Counted from the first letter of the stretch, positions 1 to 9,765 are shown. The stretch: 64,000 bases of DNA from Kiritimatiellia bacterium (GCA_017450695.1 JAFSTA010000168.1:17826-81825), one strand, 5' to 3'. The notes: generated by a model not told the origin, from the letters alone. Numbers and translations are program-made.

Positions 1-1233
1 AACGCATCTGCCGTACAGCCAAGACGCCTTCCACCACTGCGGATCCGCCGTCTGAGTCCGGAACGGAGCAAGGATTTTGAGAGCCTTCCCGTATTCTTCC
101 TGGGCAATCAGCCGCTCCGCATTTCGGATCGCCTTTTCGGAAGCGCTTTCTTGCGTATGTTGTTTCTTTGCCTTTTTCCGAGATGCGGAGTCCCGAAGCA
201 GTCTTCCCTCCAGTTCTTCCGCCCGGTCCCGGTATGCGGTGGCGGGAAACTCGCGCCGCAGGACATCCAGCTGGGCTGTGGCGGCTTCATATTTGCCGAC
301 CCTCCAGAGCAGGGCGGCATACTGGAACAGGGCTTTGTCGTTCCCCGGTCGCCCGCGGTATTGCTTCAGCCAGCTTTCGTAGAGCGGGATTGCATCCGCG
401 GGTTTGTTCATCAGCACACCGACCGTTTCCGCCTTGTCCAGCAGATATTGTTCCGGAAGACCGTTTTTGGAATTCATCAGCACGTCCATGACGGCAACTG
501 CCCGCGAGTATTCCTTGGCGGCAAGCAGGATGCGGATTTTGGTTTCCGAGATTTTCCGGTCGGAAGGGGATTTCGCCTGAAAACCGTCGCAGAGTGCGAC
601 TGCGCATTCGGTTTTCTCCTTCCCGATTTCCTCTATCGTCCCCGCGAATTTTTCAAACGCGACGGTACTGCGCGGGAGAATCCCGTCCTTGACCACGCAC
701 ACGATCTTCCCGGATGCCGGGGAAAGAGGAATTTTGGGTAACGAATAGAATTCCAGCGCCTCCGCGTATTTCTGGTTTTGCACCAGCCACTCGCCCTCTT
801 GGCTGCAGAGATTGGCCGTCACCTCATGTCCGGGAAAGAATGCAGCACACTGCCTTACCAGTTTTTGCCGTTGCGGCACCTTTTTCTGTTTCAGCAGAAT
901 CGCATAGCTTTGTTCAAATGCGGTGCCTGCGTCCGCCGGGGCGACACGGGCTGCGGAAGCATCCTGCGTCAGCTTGGAGAAAAACCTCATCGCCCCCCTC
1001 ACGTCTTTCATTCGAAGCAGACAGTAACCGGTTCGGTATCTGGCGGTATAATGTCGTTGCGTCGAGGGCGTCTCCTCCGCAATCTTCTCCAAAATCGCCC
1101 TTGCGCGGGACCAGGATCCTTTTTTGAATAGGGAATCGGCTTTCGTCCATTCCTCTTCCGTAAAGGCATGGGCAGTCGAAAAGCAGAAAATGGCAAGAAT
1201 GCAGCAACACCATTTGTTCAGCCAGTCCTTCAT
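1..1233 (-). CDS. TPR-like helical-repeat secreted protein (first 411 codons; C-terminus lies beyond the left window edge)
   Basis: Absent from the ORF track because it has no in-window stop. Manual reverse-complement translation from ATG (1233-1231) gives MKDWLNKWCCCILAIFCFSTAHAFTEEEWTK... (signal-peptide-like). The frame stays open to position 1 (...RTQTADPQWWKASWLYGRCV). A/L/Y-rich helical segments such as GKYEAATAQLDVLRREFP suggest TPR-type repeats. The plus-strand ORFs listed for 77-1489 are Arg/Pro-rich antisense artefacts. Confidence 0.6.
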   Translation of the reverse strand, partial: MKDWLNKWCCCILAIFCFSTAHAFTEEEWTKADSLFKKGSWSRARAILEKIAEETPSTQRHYTARYRTGYCLLRMKDVRGAMRFFSKLTQDASAARVAPADAGTAFEQSYAILLKQKKVPQRQKLVRQCAAFFPGHEVTANLCSQEGEWLVQNQKYAEALEFYSLPKIPLSPASGKIVCVVKDGILPRSTVAFEKFAGTIEEIGKEKTECAVALCDGFQAKSPSDRKISETKIRILLAAKEYSRAVAVMDVLMNSKNGLPEQYLLDKAETVGVLMNKPADAIPLYESWLKQYRGRPGNDKALFQYAALLWRVGKYEAATAQLDVLRREFPATAYRDRAEELEGRLLRDSASRKKAKKQHTQESASEKAIRNAERLIAQEEYGKALKILAPFRTQTADPQWWKASWLYGRCV

Positions 1234-1400
1234 GCGTATCCTCTTTCGCTTTTCGTTCACGAAGAAAATCATACAAAACACAAATCAGTATATCAAAACG
1301 GGAAACGGCGTCAACTATAATCCCAGATTCTTTATTTGGGTTCTTGCGCAGAGCGTTCCGTCCCTTGCGCTGGAATGTTCAGCTTGGCAACTTGTGTTTT

Positions 1401-1612
1401 TCTCCCACGGAGGCGCGGAGACACGGAGGGGAGACACGCCCGTCGCGTCCGCTATCGCAATACTACCGTTTCTCTTTTTCCGCACGTAGAGACGCGGAGG
1501 TCGCATGGGGCAATTGCAAAACCTCACGATTTTTCAACCACGGAACACACTGAATATACAGAAAATCGCAAGTTTTCCGAAAGAGCCATTCCGTGAGTTC
1601 CGTGTATTACTT
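1401..1612. repeat. Mosaic intergenic repeat block (module C copy, GAGAC(A/G)CGG words, E-type CCGTG words)
   Basis: 1428-1464 GGGAGACACGCCCGTCGCGTCCGCTATCGCAATACT is module C (6 copies in the window). 1536-1570 and 1596-1612 carry CACGGAACACAC / GTTCCGTGTATT words shared with 12331-12374, 28727-28762 and 41351-41400. A GCGGGC-GGGGCA-GCCCGC hairpin followed by a T run lies at 1624-1659. Confidence 0.6.
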
Positions 1613-1755
1613 CCAAAGCTACAGCGGGCGGGGCAGCCCGCGCTCTTCAAGCTTTTTTTGCCCATTGCCGTGGTTGTTTCCGATTCCGCTCACATACGGG
1701 TGAAAAACGGAGTTTCGCCTTGCGGGGGCAGGGATTCCTGCGTATGCGAAAGGGC

Positions 1756-4700
1756 TCACTTGAAGTAGTGGAGCTTGACGGGGGGATGCGCTTTCTTCTC
1801 CTTTTCCACTTCCTCTTGAAGAGTCCTGATTGCGGCATTCAACTGGACGTCCACCCCGGCCGCCCGTTGGTTTAGGTCATCCTCGATGAGGATATCGGGG
1901 ATGGCGCCGTGCTTTTCCATATCTTTCCCGTCCGGTAGGAACCATCCATGTGCAGGGATGCGGATCTTCCCGTAATCCAGAAGCGTGGAATCCACCGTGC
2001 CGATGACGCGCGCCCCGGTGGGTTCTCCGACGAGCTTCCCGCGCTTCATGGTTTTGATCGCATGCGAGAAGATTTCCCCGTTGCTGGCGGTCGTTTCGTT
2101 GCAAAGCACCACGATCGGCTTGTCCCAGACCGGATGCGCCATGTAGCCACGCAAGAGATATCCGGGCGTCGATCCGCGAAAGACGGCGTACGAGTGGGTC
2201 GTACAGCACAACACTTGCAGGATTCGGTCGGCGACAAAACCACCAGAGTTGTTCCGGACGTCGATAATCATTCCGTCACGCCCGTACCCTTCCGCGAAGA
2301 TATCCTCTTCGAACTGGTAGTAGTCCTTCATTTTCATCGCCGCGATGTCGAGATAGCCAAGCCGATTGTTGGAGATACGGTGAACCCGCTCCCGCAATTC
2401 GTCAGAATAGGCGCGCTTCATCAACTTGCGGATTTCGGGATATGTTGAGGTGCGGATTTTCACCTTCAGCGGTTCCGTGTCCTTGCGTTGAACGGTCAGT
2501 GTTACGATTGGTTGCGCGTATCCGTTCAGGACTTCGCTTTCATCTTGACCGGAGGTGACAGGGTGACCATCCACCTCCAGAATGATGTCACCCGGTTTCA
2601 GGTTCGCGGCGGATGGATCTGCCGGGCCACCGGGTACGACGTAACGGACACGCCACCCTTTTCCCTTGTGTTCGGTGTCGAAAAGAACGCCCAGATGTGC
2701 GGTCGTGACTGTCCACGACTGGAAGCATGGCGTCTTCTCCCACTCCTTCTCGTAAGTGGGCGTCGGGGAGAATCCGAGATGCGAGGAGTTCAATTCGCCG
2801 AGCATCATGAGCATGACACGGGTGAATACCGAGTAGGTCGGCGCATAACGGGCTGCAAGACGGTATTTCTCCTTGACAGCCTCCCAGTTTGCGCCGTGGA
2901 AATGATCGTCGTAAAACTGGTCCCGCAATTTTCCCCAGGCGGTCAGGAATGCCAGTTCCTGATAGTCGGAGAGGTCGGTCGTCTGGTAAACCTGGAAGGG
3001 GAATTTGGTTGTGAAGTGGGCGGGAAGCTCTCCGCTGATCCACAACGGCTTGTCACCTTTCTTCAGCCAGCCGACGATCTGACCGCTGGTGTCTGCCAGC
3101 TTTTCGGGTTTCAGTTTGTTCGGAATGCGGATCCGGTAAGTCACGCCGTTGTTCTGGTAGAGGAGCGCTCGGCTATCGGAGGCGAAATAAGGTAACTTTC
3201 CGGGGATTGGCAATCGGCGGACCCTTTTGTCCAGATCGGTGAAATCAATGACAAGGTCCTTCGGTTTCTCGGCGGCAGCCGCCTCTTGCTTTTTTCCTTT
3301 GGTGGAATCGTCCTCTTTCTTTTTCTGTTGCGCGACCTCAGCCTTGTCCTGGGGCGGCGCGTTGGTGGTGGCGACCTCAGCCTTGTCCTGGGGCGGCGCA
3401 TTGGTGGTGGCGGGTTTCGCATGAGGGGCAGAGGCGTTGTCGGCGACGAGCTTGCGCGCGTCGTCGAATTTCTTGGGAAGATCCTCTTTCGCTTCGTCTT
3501 CCGGATTCAGCCAGACGTAGAAAATGTTGTACAGTTCGGAATCGGGGCGGACACCCGCAAACGCAATCAGTTTTCCATCGGGAGACCAGCAGGGATTGAT
3601 ATCGCTCTTGTAGCATCGGGAGAGGTTGTACGGTTCGCGCGAACCGTTGATGGGAAAGATCCAGATGTCCTTGTTCCCATAGCAGTCGCCGATGGAGGCG
3701 ACGATCCACTTGCTGTCCGGCGACCACATGTAGTTCTCGGCGCGGGCGGCGGCGGGACCGGTCGCGGTTTCTTTCCCGTCCAGACCGCAGATGTGGATGC
3801 GCCCCAGCGAATCCTGCCAGGAAAGTTGTTTCCCGTCGGGGCTCAGCTTGAGGTTCTCCCTCCGCCAGCTGTCGGTGGTGAGGCGTTGTTTCTTGAAGGT
3901 GAAGTTCTCCCACCACTGGCGCTTTGCGTCCGTACGTTCAGCTTTCCAAATATCGACGGCATCGCCCCTGTCGGAGAGATAGAAAAGAGCCTTCCCGTCC
4001 TTGGAGAAGACGCACTCGCGTTCGTGCGTGCGCGTCTCCCCGTGGACCAGATGCGGAATCCGCACGACGGTATCCATCACGTAGAGGTCTCCACCTGTCG
4101 TGAAAGCCATTTGCATTCCATTCTCGGAAAAGGAGAGCGAACCGGTAGAGTCGTTGTTCCAGAGCGAGGTGTAAAACCGACGGCGCGTGGTGGGGCGGCG
4201 CGGGGCGGCGCGAGCTGTCAGGATGAGTTTGCGAGCTTCCTTTACCGGCGACCTCGGATCGATCCGGTAGAAGTCGAACCCCTTCCGGAAAATCATCGTC
4301 GTTCCGTCTCCGGAGAGCGTCGGCTGCATAACAGAATCGTCCTTGAAGAAAGTGATTTGGATCTCTTTTTTTTCGGTCAGGTCGTACTTCCAGACGTTCA
4401 GGCATCCGTCCGCCTCGGAGACGTAGTAGAAGCCTTTTCCATCGGGTGTCCAGATAGGGGATCTGGATTCAGTCTCACGTTTGAGCAGGCAGGTGAATCG
4501 CTTGGAGTCAATCGAATAGAGCCATAGCTGGCGGGCGAGCGAGGAATGCGTTCCCTTGCGGAAGATCGATTCTCCTTTCCGGGTGAACAGGAGTTGTTTC
4601 CCGTCCGGCGAAAGCGACGGGTCAAACCCGTGGTTGTCGAAATACACGTTAGGCGCGGCGCGCCGGTCTGCGGGGATTTCGGCAATCCGGCCCGCCAGCG

Positions 4701-5154
4701 GGTCAATGGGGGAGACGCCGATCTCCGTATGGATGAGCAGGTCGCGTCCTCCATGAATCCAGGCGTATGGATACGTGGACTCTGAATGGAAGGTCAATTG
4801 GCGGACGTGCTCGCCTTGGATATCCATCACGAAGATTTTGCGTCCCCCGTCACGGTCGCTGCAGAATGCGATCTTCTGCCCGTCGGGAGAGAGGACGGGG
4901 CAGGAGTTCTTCGATCGGTCCGTCTGCAACGGCGTCGCGGCCCCTCCTTCCGACGAGGCTTTCCAAATGGAATCCGCCCACTCGAAGACGAAGAATTTCC
5001 CGTCCTGCGAGAGCGAGGGGCGCGACCCCAGATAGATGCGGTCCTGCAAGGGGATTTCCCCGTTCGGTTTCTGAACCTGGTTCTCCGCACGGACGGAGAA
5101 GACGGCGACGGTTCCGAATACGAATGCGATGACAAAGAATGGTTGAATTTTCAT
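1756..5154 (-). CDS. Tricorn-protease-like S41 peptidase (TolB/WD40-like beta-propellers + PDZ + S41 C-terminal domain), secreted
   Basis: 1132-aa ORF with signal peptide MKIQPFFVIAFVFGTVAVFSVRA. It has repeated SPDGK/SPDGQ propeller motifs, a PDZ-like segment (LKPGDIILEVDGHPV) and an S41-type C-terminal region (VVLCNETTASNGEIFSHAIK). Length and order match tricorn protease homologues as I recall them. Confidence 0.85.
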   Translation of the reverse strand: MKIQPFFVIAFVFGTVAVFSVRAENQVQKPNGEIPLQDRIYLGSRPSLSQDGKFFVFEWADSIWKASSEGGAATPLQTDRSKNSCPVLSPDGQKIAFCSDRDGGRKIFVMDIQGEHVRQLTFHSESTYPYAWIHGGRDLLIHTEIGVSPIDPLAGRIAEIPADRRAAPNVYFDNHGFDPSLSPDGKQLLFTRKGESIFRKGTHSSLARQLWLYSIDSKRFTCLLKRETESRSPIWTPDGKGFYYVSEADGCLNVWKYDLTEKKEIQITFFKDDSVMQPTLSGDGTTMIFRKGFDFYRIDPRSPVKEARKLILTARAAPRRPTTRRRFYTSLWNNDSTGSLSFSENGMQMAFTTGGDLYVMDTVVRIPHLVHGETRTHERECVFSKDGKALFYLSDRGDAVDIWKAERTDAKRQWWENFTFKKQRLTTDSWRRENLKLSPDGKQLSWQDSLGRIHICGLDGKETATGPAAARAENYMWSPDSKWIVASIGDCYGNKDIWIFPINGSREPYNLSRCYKSDINPCWSPDGKLIAFAGVRPDSELYNIFYVWLNPEDEAKEDLPKKFDDARKLVADNASAPHAKPATTNAPPQDKAEVATTNAPPQDKAEVAQQKKKEDDSTKGKKQEAAAAEKPKDLVIDFTDLDKRVRRLPIPGKLPYFASDSRALLYQNNGVTYRIRIPNKLKPEKLADTSGQIVGWLKKGDKPLWISGELPAHFTTKFPFQVYQTTDLSDYQELAFLTAWGKLRDQFYDDHFHGANWEAVKEKYRLAARYAPTYSVFTRVMLMMLGELNSSHLGFSPTPTYEKEWEKTPCFQSWTVTTAHLGVLFDTEHKGKGWRVRYVVPGGPADPSAANLKPGDIILEVDGHPVTSGQDESEVLNGYAQPIVTLTVQRKDTEPLKVKIRTSTYPEIRKLMKRAYSDELRERVHRISNNRLGYLDIAAMKMKDYYQFEEDIFAEGYGRDGMIIDVRNNSGGFVADRILQVLCCTTHSYAVFRGSTPGYLLRGYMAHPVWDKPIVVLCNETTASNGEIFSHAIKTMKRGKLVGEPTGARVIGTVDSTLLDYGKIRIPAHGWFLPDGKDMEKHGAIPDILIEDDLNQRAAGVDVQLNAAIRTLQEEVEKEKKAHPPVKLHYFK
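3332..3409 (-). repeat. Direct 39-bp in-frame duplication inside the tricorn-like gene
   Basis: GCGACCTCAGCCTTGTCCTGGGGCGGCGC(G/A)TTGGTGGTG occurs at 3332-3370 and 3371-3409 with 1 mismatch. It encodes the duplicated peptide TTNAPPQDKAEVA within a low-complexity K/E/A-rich linker. Confidence 0.95.
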
Positions 5155-5205
5155 GTCCTGTATTCTACACGAAATCGCCCCTGTTTGCTATCCCGAAATT
5201 CGCGC

Positions 5206-5640
5206 CAGCTGCGTAGCGACCGTGCCCTCGCCGTCGGCTTTCGGGGAAACTGGGTCAGATAAGTGGCGGTTGCACCGCCTAAGTGGTCTTGCGACCTAAA
5301 TGGGGCTGGCGCCACTAAGTTGACTTAGCCGCGAAGCGGCAGGCGTATGTCGTATGTCCTTTCCCTCACGCAGCGCGGACAAGTCGTTCAATCGGGGAAG
5401 CGACACTTGTCGCTTTTACGTGGCAACAGAACAGAATGAAGCGGCAGGATGAACTAAGAATGTAGAACTCGAAACTGATAGGCGAGCGTTATTGTATATT
5501 TGGACAACAACTTCAACAACGGATAGACAACTCGCTGGCGGTCGTCGCGCAACCGCGCGACGGTTCTTATCCGGCTTGCGGTTGCGAGCCGTCCGAATTC
5601 AAGGTTGTTCTCGATGTTGTTCCAGTTGTTTTCCGCTCAG
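5206..5640. repeat. Mosaic intergenic repeat block (modules A, TAAGT-punctuated hairpin array, B, X)
   Basis: A: 5206-5246 CAGCTGCGTAGCGACCGTGCCCTCGCCGTCGGCTTTCGGGG. Hairpin array: 5256-5340. B hairpin: 5394-5416 GGGGAAGCGACACTTGTCGCTTTT. X module: 5501-5640, near-identical in layout to 26625-26757. Confidence 0.85.
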
Positions 5641-5653
5641 GTTCTGCGCCGGG

Positions 5654-7891
5654 TTAGCGGGTGGGGCCTTTGTGCAGGAGCTGGAGAATGGATTGCGAGG
5701 TGGCGTCGTAGTTGAAGATGGTGAAGCCATCGGCGTTCGCCTCACGCGCGAATTGGATTTGCTTCGCGACGCGGACGGCATCTTTCCGGTTGCTCCAGCA
5801 GGAGAGTCCGATTCCGGGATAGAGCTTGACCTTTCCCGCCACGTTCCGCTGGTTGGTGACCTGACTGCGGAAGCCGGAGTTCGCCTCCGTGTAGTCCATC
5901 GGGTGAACGGCGTCGAGCCAGCCGTTCTGGCACCAGAGTCCCCAGTCCTGTCCGATCGACTGCTTTGTTCCCGGCCAGCTCTGGAAGACGGCGGCGGAGA
6001 TCGAGCACTTCGGATATTTCTTGTGGACGATGGTTGCGGTTTCCCGGACGACTCGCGTGATCTGTGCGCAGCGGAAGTCGTTCCAATCGGCTTTCAAGAC
6101 AGATTTCGTATCGCCCGGCCAGTTGGTGACCGCATGTTGCACAAACGCCTCAAAGCGCGAACGGCATCCAGGACAGAAGCAGGAATCGGAGTCCGGATAC
6201 CGGATGTAGTCGAAGTGAATCCCGTCCACGCCCTTGCCCGCCAGTTCGACCATCGCGTCGATTTCCAGCTGCTGGTTGGCTGGATGCGAGGGGCAGAGCC
6301 ACTTTGCTTTGCTTGTTCCGTCCCTCCCGACTTGCGTCCGTCCCTGCCGTTCCAGTTCCGCCACTTCTTCATCGCTCGCCTTCCCGAAGGTGTTCCAGCA
6401 GACCTTCCAGACATGGCACTCGATTCCGTATTTCCGGCAGGCGGCGAGACAGGTTTCCAGCGCGTCTCCGCGTTCTTTGAAATCGCGGCTGGGCGCGAGT
6501 ACCTTTGAGGCATAGCTGGCGTTGGCACCCCAAGCCATGTTGGGAATGATGGCAGTGAAACCGTTTTCCTTCAGCTGCCGGATCGCCTCGTCCCAGGTCA
6601 GTTCGGAAACGCCCCAGGGCGAATGGCACCAGTAGGCGCGGTACTCGCCCTTCTTGGAGGGGATGGAGGCAAGCCATCGCGCGGCCGCCCGTTCTTCTTC
6701 CGCCTCTTTCCTTTCCAGTTCCTTGAAGTGGTTTTTCCACGCGGGGACGAGTTCGGCGGCGATGTCGCGCAGGAGCGGCGCCGAATCGCCGTACCAGACA
6801 TGACTGAAGAATGCGCCCGACGGCGTCAGGCAGATGGCGGGATACTCGGTGCGATCGCCGTTTGCCCGTTTCCATGTCGCGATGGTCCGTACCGGCGTTT
6901 CGCCATTCCCGACTATCGCCGCCCACTGGGTGGAATGCGGGATGTATTCGGGCTGTTTCTGGAATCCGTCTTTCATTTTGAGAAATCCCGTCAGGGGCGA
7001 GGGTTCGCGGATCGTCTGCTTGTAATTCAGTCCGATCAGCGAAAGGATCTCGTTCGGGATCGAATAGAAGAAGAGGAACTTTCCGCCCTGCTCGTGATAC
7101 TTGCGGAGCGTGGCGAGGAGCGAATCGGGGACGCGCGGGTTGTAGGGCAGGCAGACGAGCGGAATCCCCTGGAGTGTCTGATCCGTCACGTCGAGGTCGG
7201 CGACAGTCAAGGCGGGGAGACCGATCGTGTCGAACGACGCTTGGAGATTGTGCGCGAACTGGTAGAATCCTTTGGATTCGCTTTTGATGGCGTTCATCTG
7301 GGAATCGGCGCGGATGATGATGGCCTCTGGCTTCTGGGGTACGGGCAGTCCGATGTTGGCCAACCCCAACTTCGATTCTCCATCGACTCCGTGCCACGCC
7401 GAGAATCGGATGCATTCAATCTTCCCCCAACCCTGCGGTTTTCCCTCGAACGACATCGCCGCCTTTTTCACGATGATGCGCTGCCATTCTTCCGACTCTT
7501 CGATTTCAGGCGAACAGGAGTACCATCCGTTTCCGCTCTTGAGATAGAACGAGAAGTGCGAGACGGGACCGTACTTTTCGCAGAAGACGTCGAACGCAAT
7601 CGCGCTGGCATCCCGCAGATCCAGCTTGACCGGAATATCCCAGGACGCCCGTTCTTTCTCGTTCCCGTTTAGGTGGACGCCGAGTTCCGCGTAGTTTCCC
7701 CTCCAGGCGACGGACGAGGAGACGTTGTCCTGCGGCAGGATCGTCTTTCGCGCGCTGGCGTCATCCTGAATCTGCTTCCATTCGGGAATCAGGTTCAGCG
7801 ACTTCGCTTCGGGCGCGGAGGGGATGGCGGCAGCTGCCGCCATCGACAGAAGGCTTATGGAAACAAGAGTGGTAAAACTGCGGTTGAACAT
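5654..7891 (-). CDS. Glycoside-hydrolase-like family 10 (GHL10 / YddW-YngK, UPF0748) secreted protein
   Basis: The motifs GVDGIHFDYIRYP and CFCPGCRSRF are typical of GHL10 (PF02638), from memory. Start moved from the ORF-track start (7966) to ATG 7891 (MFNRSFTTLVSISLLSMAAAAA, signal peptide) with AAGGA upstream. Confidence 0.8.
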   Translation of the reverse strand: MFNRSFTTLVSISLLSMAAAAAIPSAPEAKSLNLIPEWKQIQDDASARKTILPQDNVSSSVAWRGNYAELGVHLNGNEKERASWDIPVKLDLRDASAIAFDVFCEKYGPVSHFSFYLKSGNGWYSCSPEIEESEEWQRIIVKKAAMSFEGKPQGWGKIECIRFSAWHGVDGESKLGLANIGLPVPQKPEAIIIRADSQMNAIKSESKGFYQFAHNLQASFDTIGLPALTVADLDVTDQTLQGIPLVCLPYNPRVPDSLLATLRKYHEQGGKFLFFYSIPNEILSLIGLNYKQTIREPSPLTGFLKMKDGFQKQPEYIPHSTQWAAIVGNGETPVRTIATWKRANGDRTEYPAICLTPSGAFFSHVWYGDSAPLLRDIAAELVPAWKNHFKELERKEAEEERAAARWLASIPSKKGEYRAYWCHSPWGVSELTWDEAIRQLKENGFTAIIPNMAWGANASYASKVLAPSRDFKERGDALETCLAACRKYGIECHVWKVCWNTFGKASDEEVAELERQGRTQVGRDGTSKAKWLCPSHPANQQLEIDAMVELAGKGVDGIHFDYIRYPDSDSCFCPGCRSRFEAFVQHAVTNWPGDTKSVLKADWNDFRCAQITRVVRETATIVHKKYPKCSISAAVFQSWPGTKQSIGQDWGLWCQNGWLDAVHPMDYTEANSGFRSQVTNQRNVAGKVKLYPGIGLSCWSNRKDAVRVAKQIQFAREANADGFTIFNYDATSQSILQLLHKGPTR

Positions 7892-7970
7892 ACTTTTTCC
7901 TTTTTTTGGTCGTTTCGTTTCAGGGTGGTGCGATCGGCTTGAGACGGGAATGTCCGACGCGGACATCGGG

Positions 7971-9491
7971 TCACTGACTGATCTTCACGTTTTGGAAGAG
8001 AAAGGTATTGGGGCATTTCTGGAGCGGCTTCCCGCTCATGATCGTCACGTTCCGAAGTTCCACCTCCTCGGTCGGGTGGTAGGGATAATCCTCGACGTAG
8101 TCCGCACTCCGCTTGTCGGGATTGAAGTCGGAGAACAGGTACGGGCCGTTGTACTTTTCTGGATGGTTGGAGTCGTCGATCTTGAGTCCGTCCACCAGAA
8201 TACGGCGCGGCGCATGGCAGGGATACCCGAAATTGTGCCTTCCCGTGTAGTGGCCACCGAACAACTGGCCGGTCGCCTTGTCGCCGCAAGAGGGAATGAA
8301 GACGCAGTTGCGGATGATGACGTCGCCGTTCCACGTGCTGCCGTAGTCGGCTCGGAGGTTGATGAAGCTACGTCCGTAAACCGTCGAGTTTTCCACAAGG
8401 AACGTGCCGTACCCGATCGCGTTGATCCCCATGTATCCAAGGCGGCAATTCCGGATGGTCGCGTTCGCCACGCCCATGTGCGCGTCGAAGCGCGAGAACT
8501 CGCAGCCGTCGTAGAGGAGGTTCTTGCAGTAGTTGGAACCGAAAAGCCCCCAGTATTTCCGGTTCAGGATGTCGGTGGTCTGTCGGCAGTTGACGAACGC
8601 GACATTCACGGAGCGGTTCGCGCCGAGGTCGTACGACCCCATGCTGACGGGCTTTCCCGCCGCCCCGATGGTGACATAGGTCTTGTGCGCGGTCAGGACG
8701 CAATTGGTGATCAGCACGTTCGCCGCGTGGGAGACCGAGAGGAATCCGTGGTAGGGTGCGCCGTGGTCGCCCTCGCCGGTGATTTCGTGCCGGATCGATT
8801 CCACGCGAACATTCGAACGTTGGATCGTGAATCCGCGCGCGTAATAGTTGTATTTCGACACTTCCCGGTTCGCAATGGTCGTAAAGACGCCGCCCTTGAT
8901 TGTCAGCGGTTTCTGGTCGATCGGGAACATGGTGATCGCGGTGACGACTTCGTAGTCGCAGGTGACTGGCGTCGATTCGTCGATCTCTCCCTTCGCGTTG
9001 GCGAGGAACACCTCCTGCATCGGCGTACCGTTGTTCCGGTTCAACCCGAAACGGATGTACTGCTTCACGTTCTTGTTCTGCACCCAGACCAGCGCGTCGC
9101 AGGGCAGGGGAACGCCGAGCGAGCGGGCGCCCCGCCTCAGCGAGGTGACGCCCTTGACCGGCACCTCCTTTTGCGTCGAGACAACACGGAAGATTTCGGC
9201 CTTGTTGTTTTCGACCGCCATGTCGTCGATGATGAACTTCGCCTTCCCGAAATCAACGTCGGTCTGGATGAGCGCGGTTTTCGATCCCTTCCCGATGTAG
9301 TACGTCTTCCCGTCCGTCGCCTTCACGGGAAGCCCTCGCTCGTTGGCGGCGGCATGGGTTGCCACAATCGCCGCCTGGTCGTCGGTTTTCCCGTCGCCGA
9401 CCGCGCCGAACTCCTCGTATGTCAAAAACTTTTGCGCGTGAACCGTTCCGCAGAGAAGCAAAGCGGAAAAAAGAATCGGAATTGTCTTCAT
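7971..9491 (-). CDS. Right-handed beta-helix protein of the pectate-lyase superfamily (GH28/GH55-related), secreted
   Basis: 506 aa with signal peptide MKTIPILFSALLLCGTVHA. N-terminal FGAVGDGKTDDQAAI is the Pectate_lyase_3-type motif. Downstream repeats (NVLITNC, IRNCRL, IIRNCVF) are typical of parallel beta-helix coils. Confidence 0.7.
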   Translation of the reverse strand: MKTIPILFSALLLCGTVHAQKFLTYEEFGAVGDGKTDDQAAIVATHAAANERGLPVKATDGKTYYIGKGSKTALIQTDVDFGKAKFIIDDMAVENNKAEIFRVVSTQKEVPVKGVTSLRRGARSLGVPLPCDALVWVQNKNVKQYIRFGLNRNNGTPMQEVFLANAKGEIDESTPVTCDYEVVTAITMFPIDQKPLTIKGGVFTTIANREVSKYNYYARGFTIQRSNVRVESIRHEITGEGDHGAPYHGFLSVSHAANVLITNCVLTAHKTYVTIGAAGKPVSMGSYDLGANRSVNVAFVNCRQTTDILNRKYWGLFGSNYCKNLLYDGCEFSRFDAHMGVANATIRNCRLGYMGINAIGYGTFLVENSTVYGRSFINLRADYGSTWNGDVIIRNCVFIPSCGDKATGQLFGGHYTGRHNFGYPCHAPRRILVDGLKIDDSNHPEKYNGPYLFSDFNPDKRSADYVEDYPYHPTEEVELRNVTIMSGKPLQKCPNTFLFQNVKISQ

Positions 9492-9561
9492 ATGTCTCGC
9501 CCTTTCGCCACCATGTTACCATAATCAAACCTGCCTAGCCAAGCCTTTTAGCCGGGGAAGT

Positions 9562-9765
9562 GGGGCGCTACGCGCCAGCTGAGAAGCTGAGAAGTTGACT
9601 GGTTGAAAGGCTGAGAAGAACAAACATGCGACAGGTGACGGGGCATGTCGCACGTTCGCCGTTTCCGCATTTGGTGGCACGGCATAGTTTCCGCGCGTTT
9701 CTCAGCCACCCGCCACCCGCTACCACCTACCCGCCACCCGCTACCAGCCGCTAGCTACCAGCCAA
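9562..9765. repeat. Mosaic intergenic repeat block (GCTGAGAAG words, B-like hairpin, CCACCCGCTACC words)
   Basis: 9562-9618 GGGGCGCTACGCGCCAGCTGAGAAGCTGAGAAGTTGACTGGTTGAAAGGCTGAGAAG. 9627-9652 is a GCGACA...TGTCGC hairpin. 9700-9765 holds CCACCCGCCACCCGCTACCACCTACCCGCCACCCGCTACCAGCC words (reverse complement at 26411-26475). The block runs into the last codons and stop (9751-9753) of the adjacent CDS. Confidence 0.8.

Noticed and set aside
1624-1659. Plus-strand terminator-like hairpin (GCGGGC-GGGGCA-GCCCGC followed after 11 nt by T7) between two minus-strand genes, as evidence for a plus-strand small RNA
   Set aside because: The T run is not adjacent to the stem. No promoter or conserved transcript body could be identified upstream. 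On the minus strand it lacks a U tract. It is noted only within the repeat block.
9562-9765. CRISPR-array interpretation of the short word repeats (GCTGAGAAG, CCACCCGCTACC, GGGTAAGC and others) in this and the other spacers
   Set aside because: The units are 8-12 bp and contiguous or irregularly spaced. There are no 25-40-bp unique spacers, no constant repeat length and no cas genes in the window.
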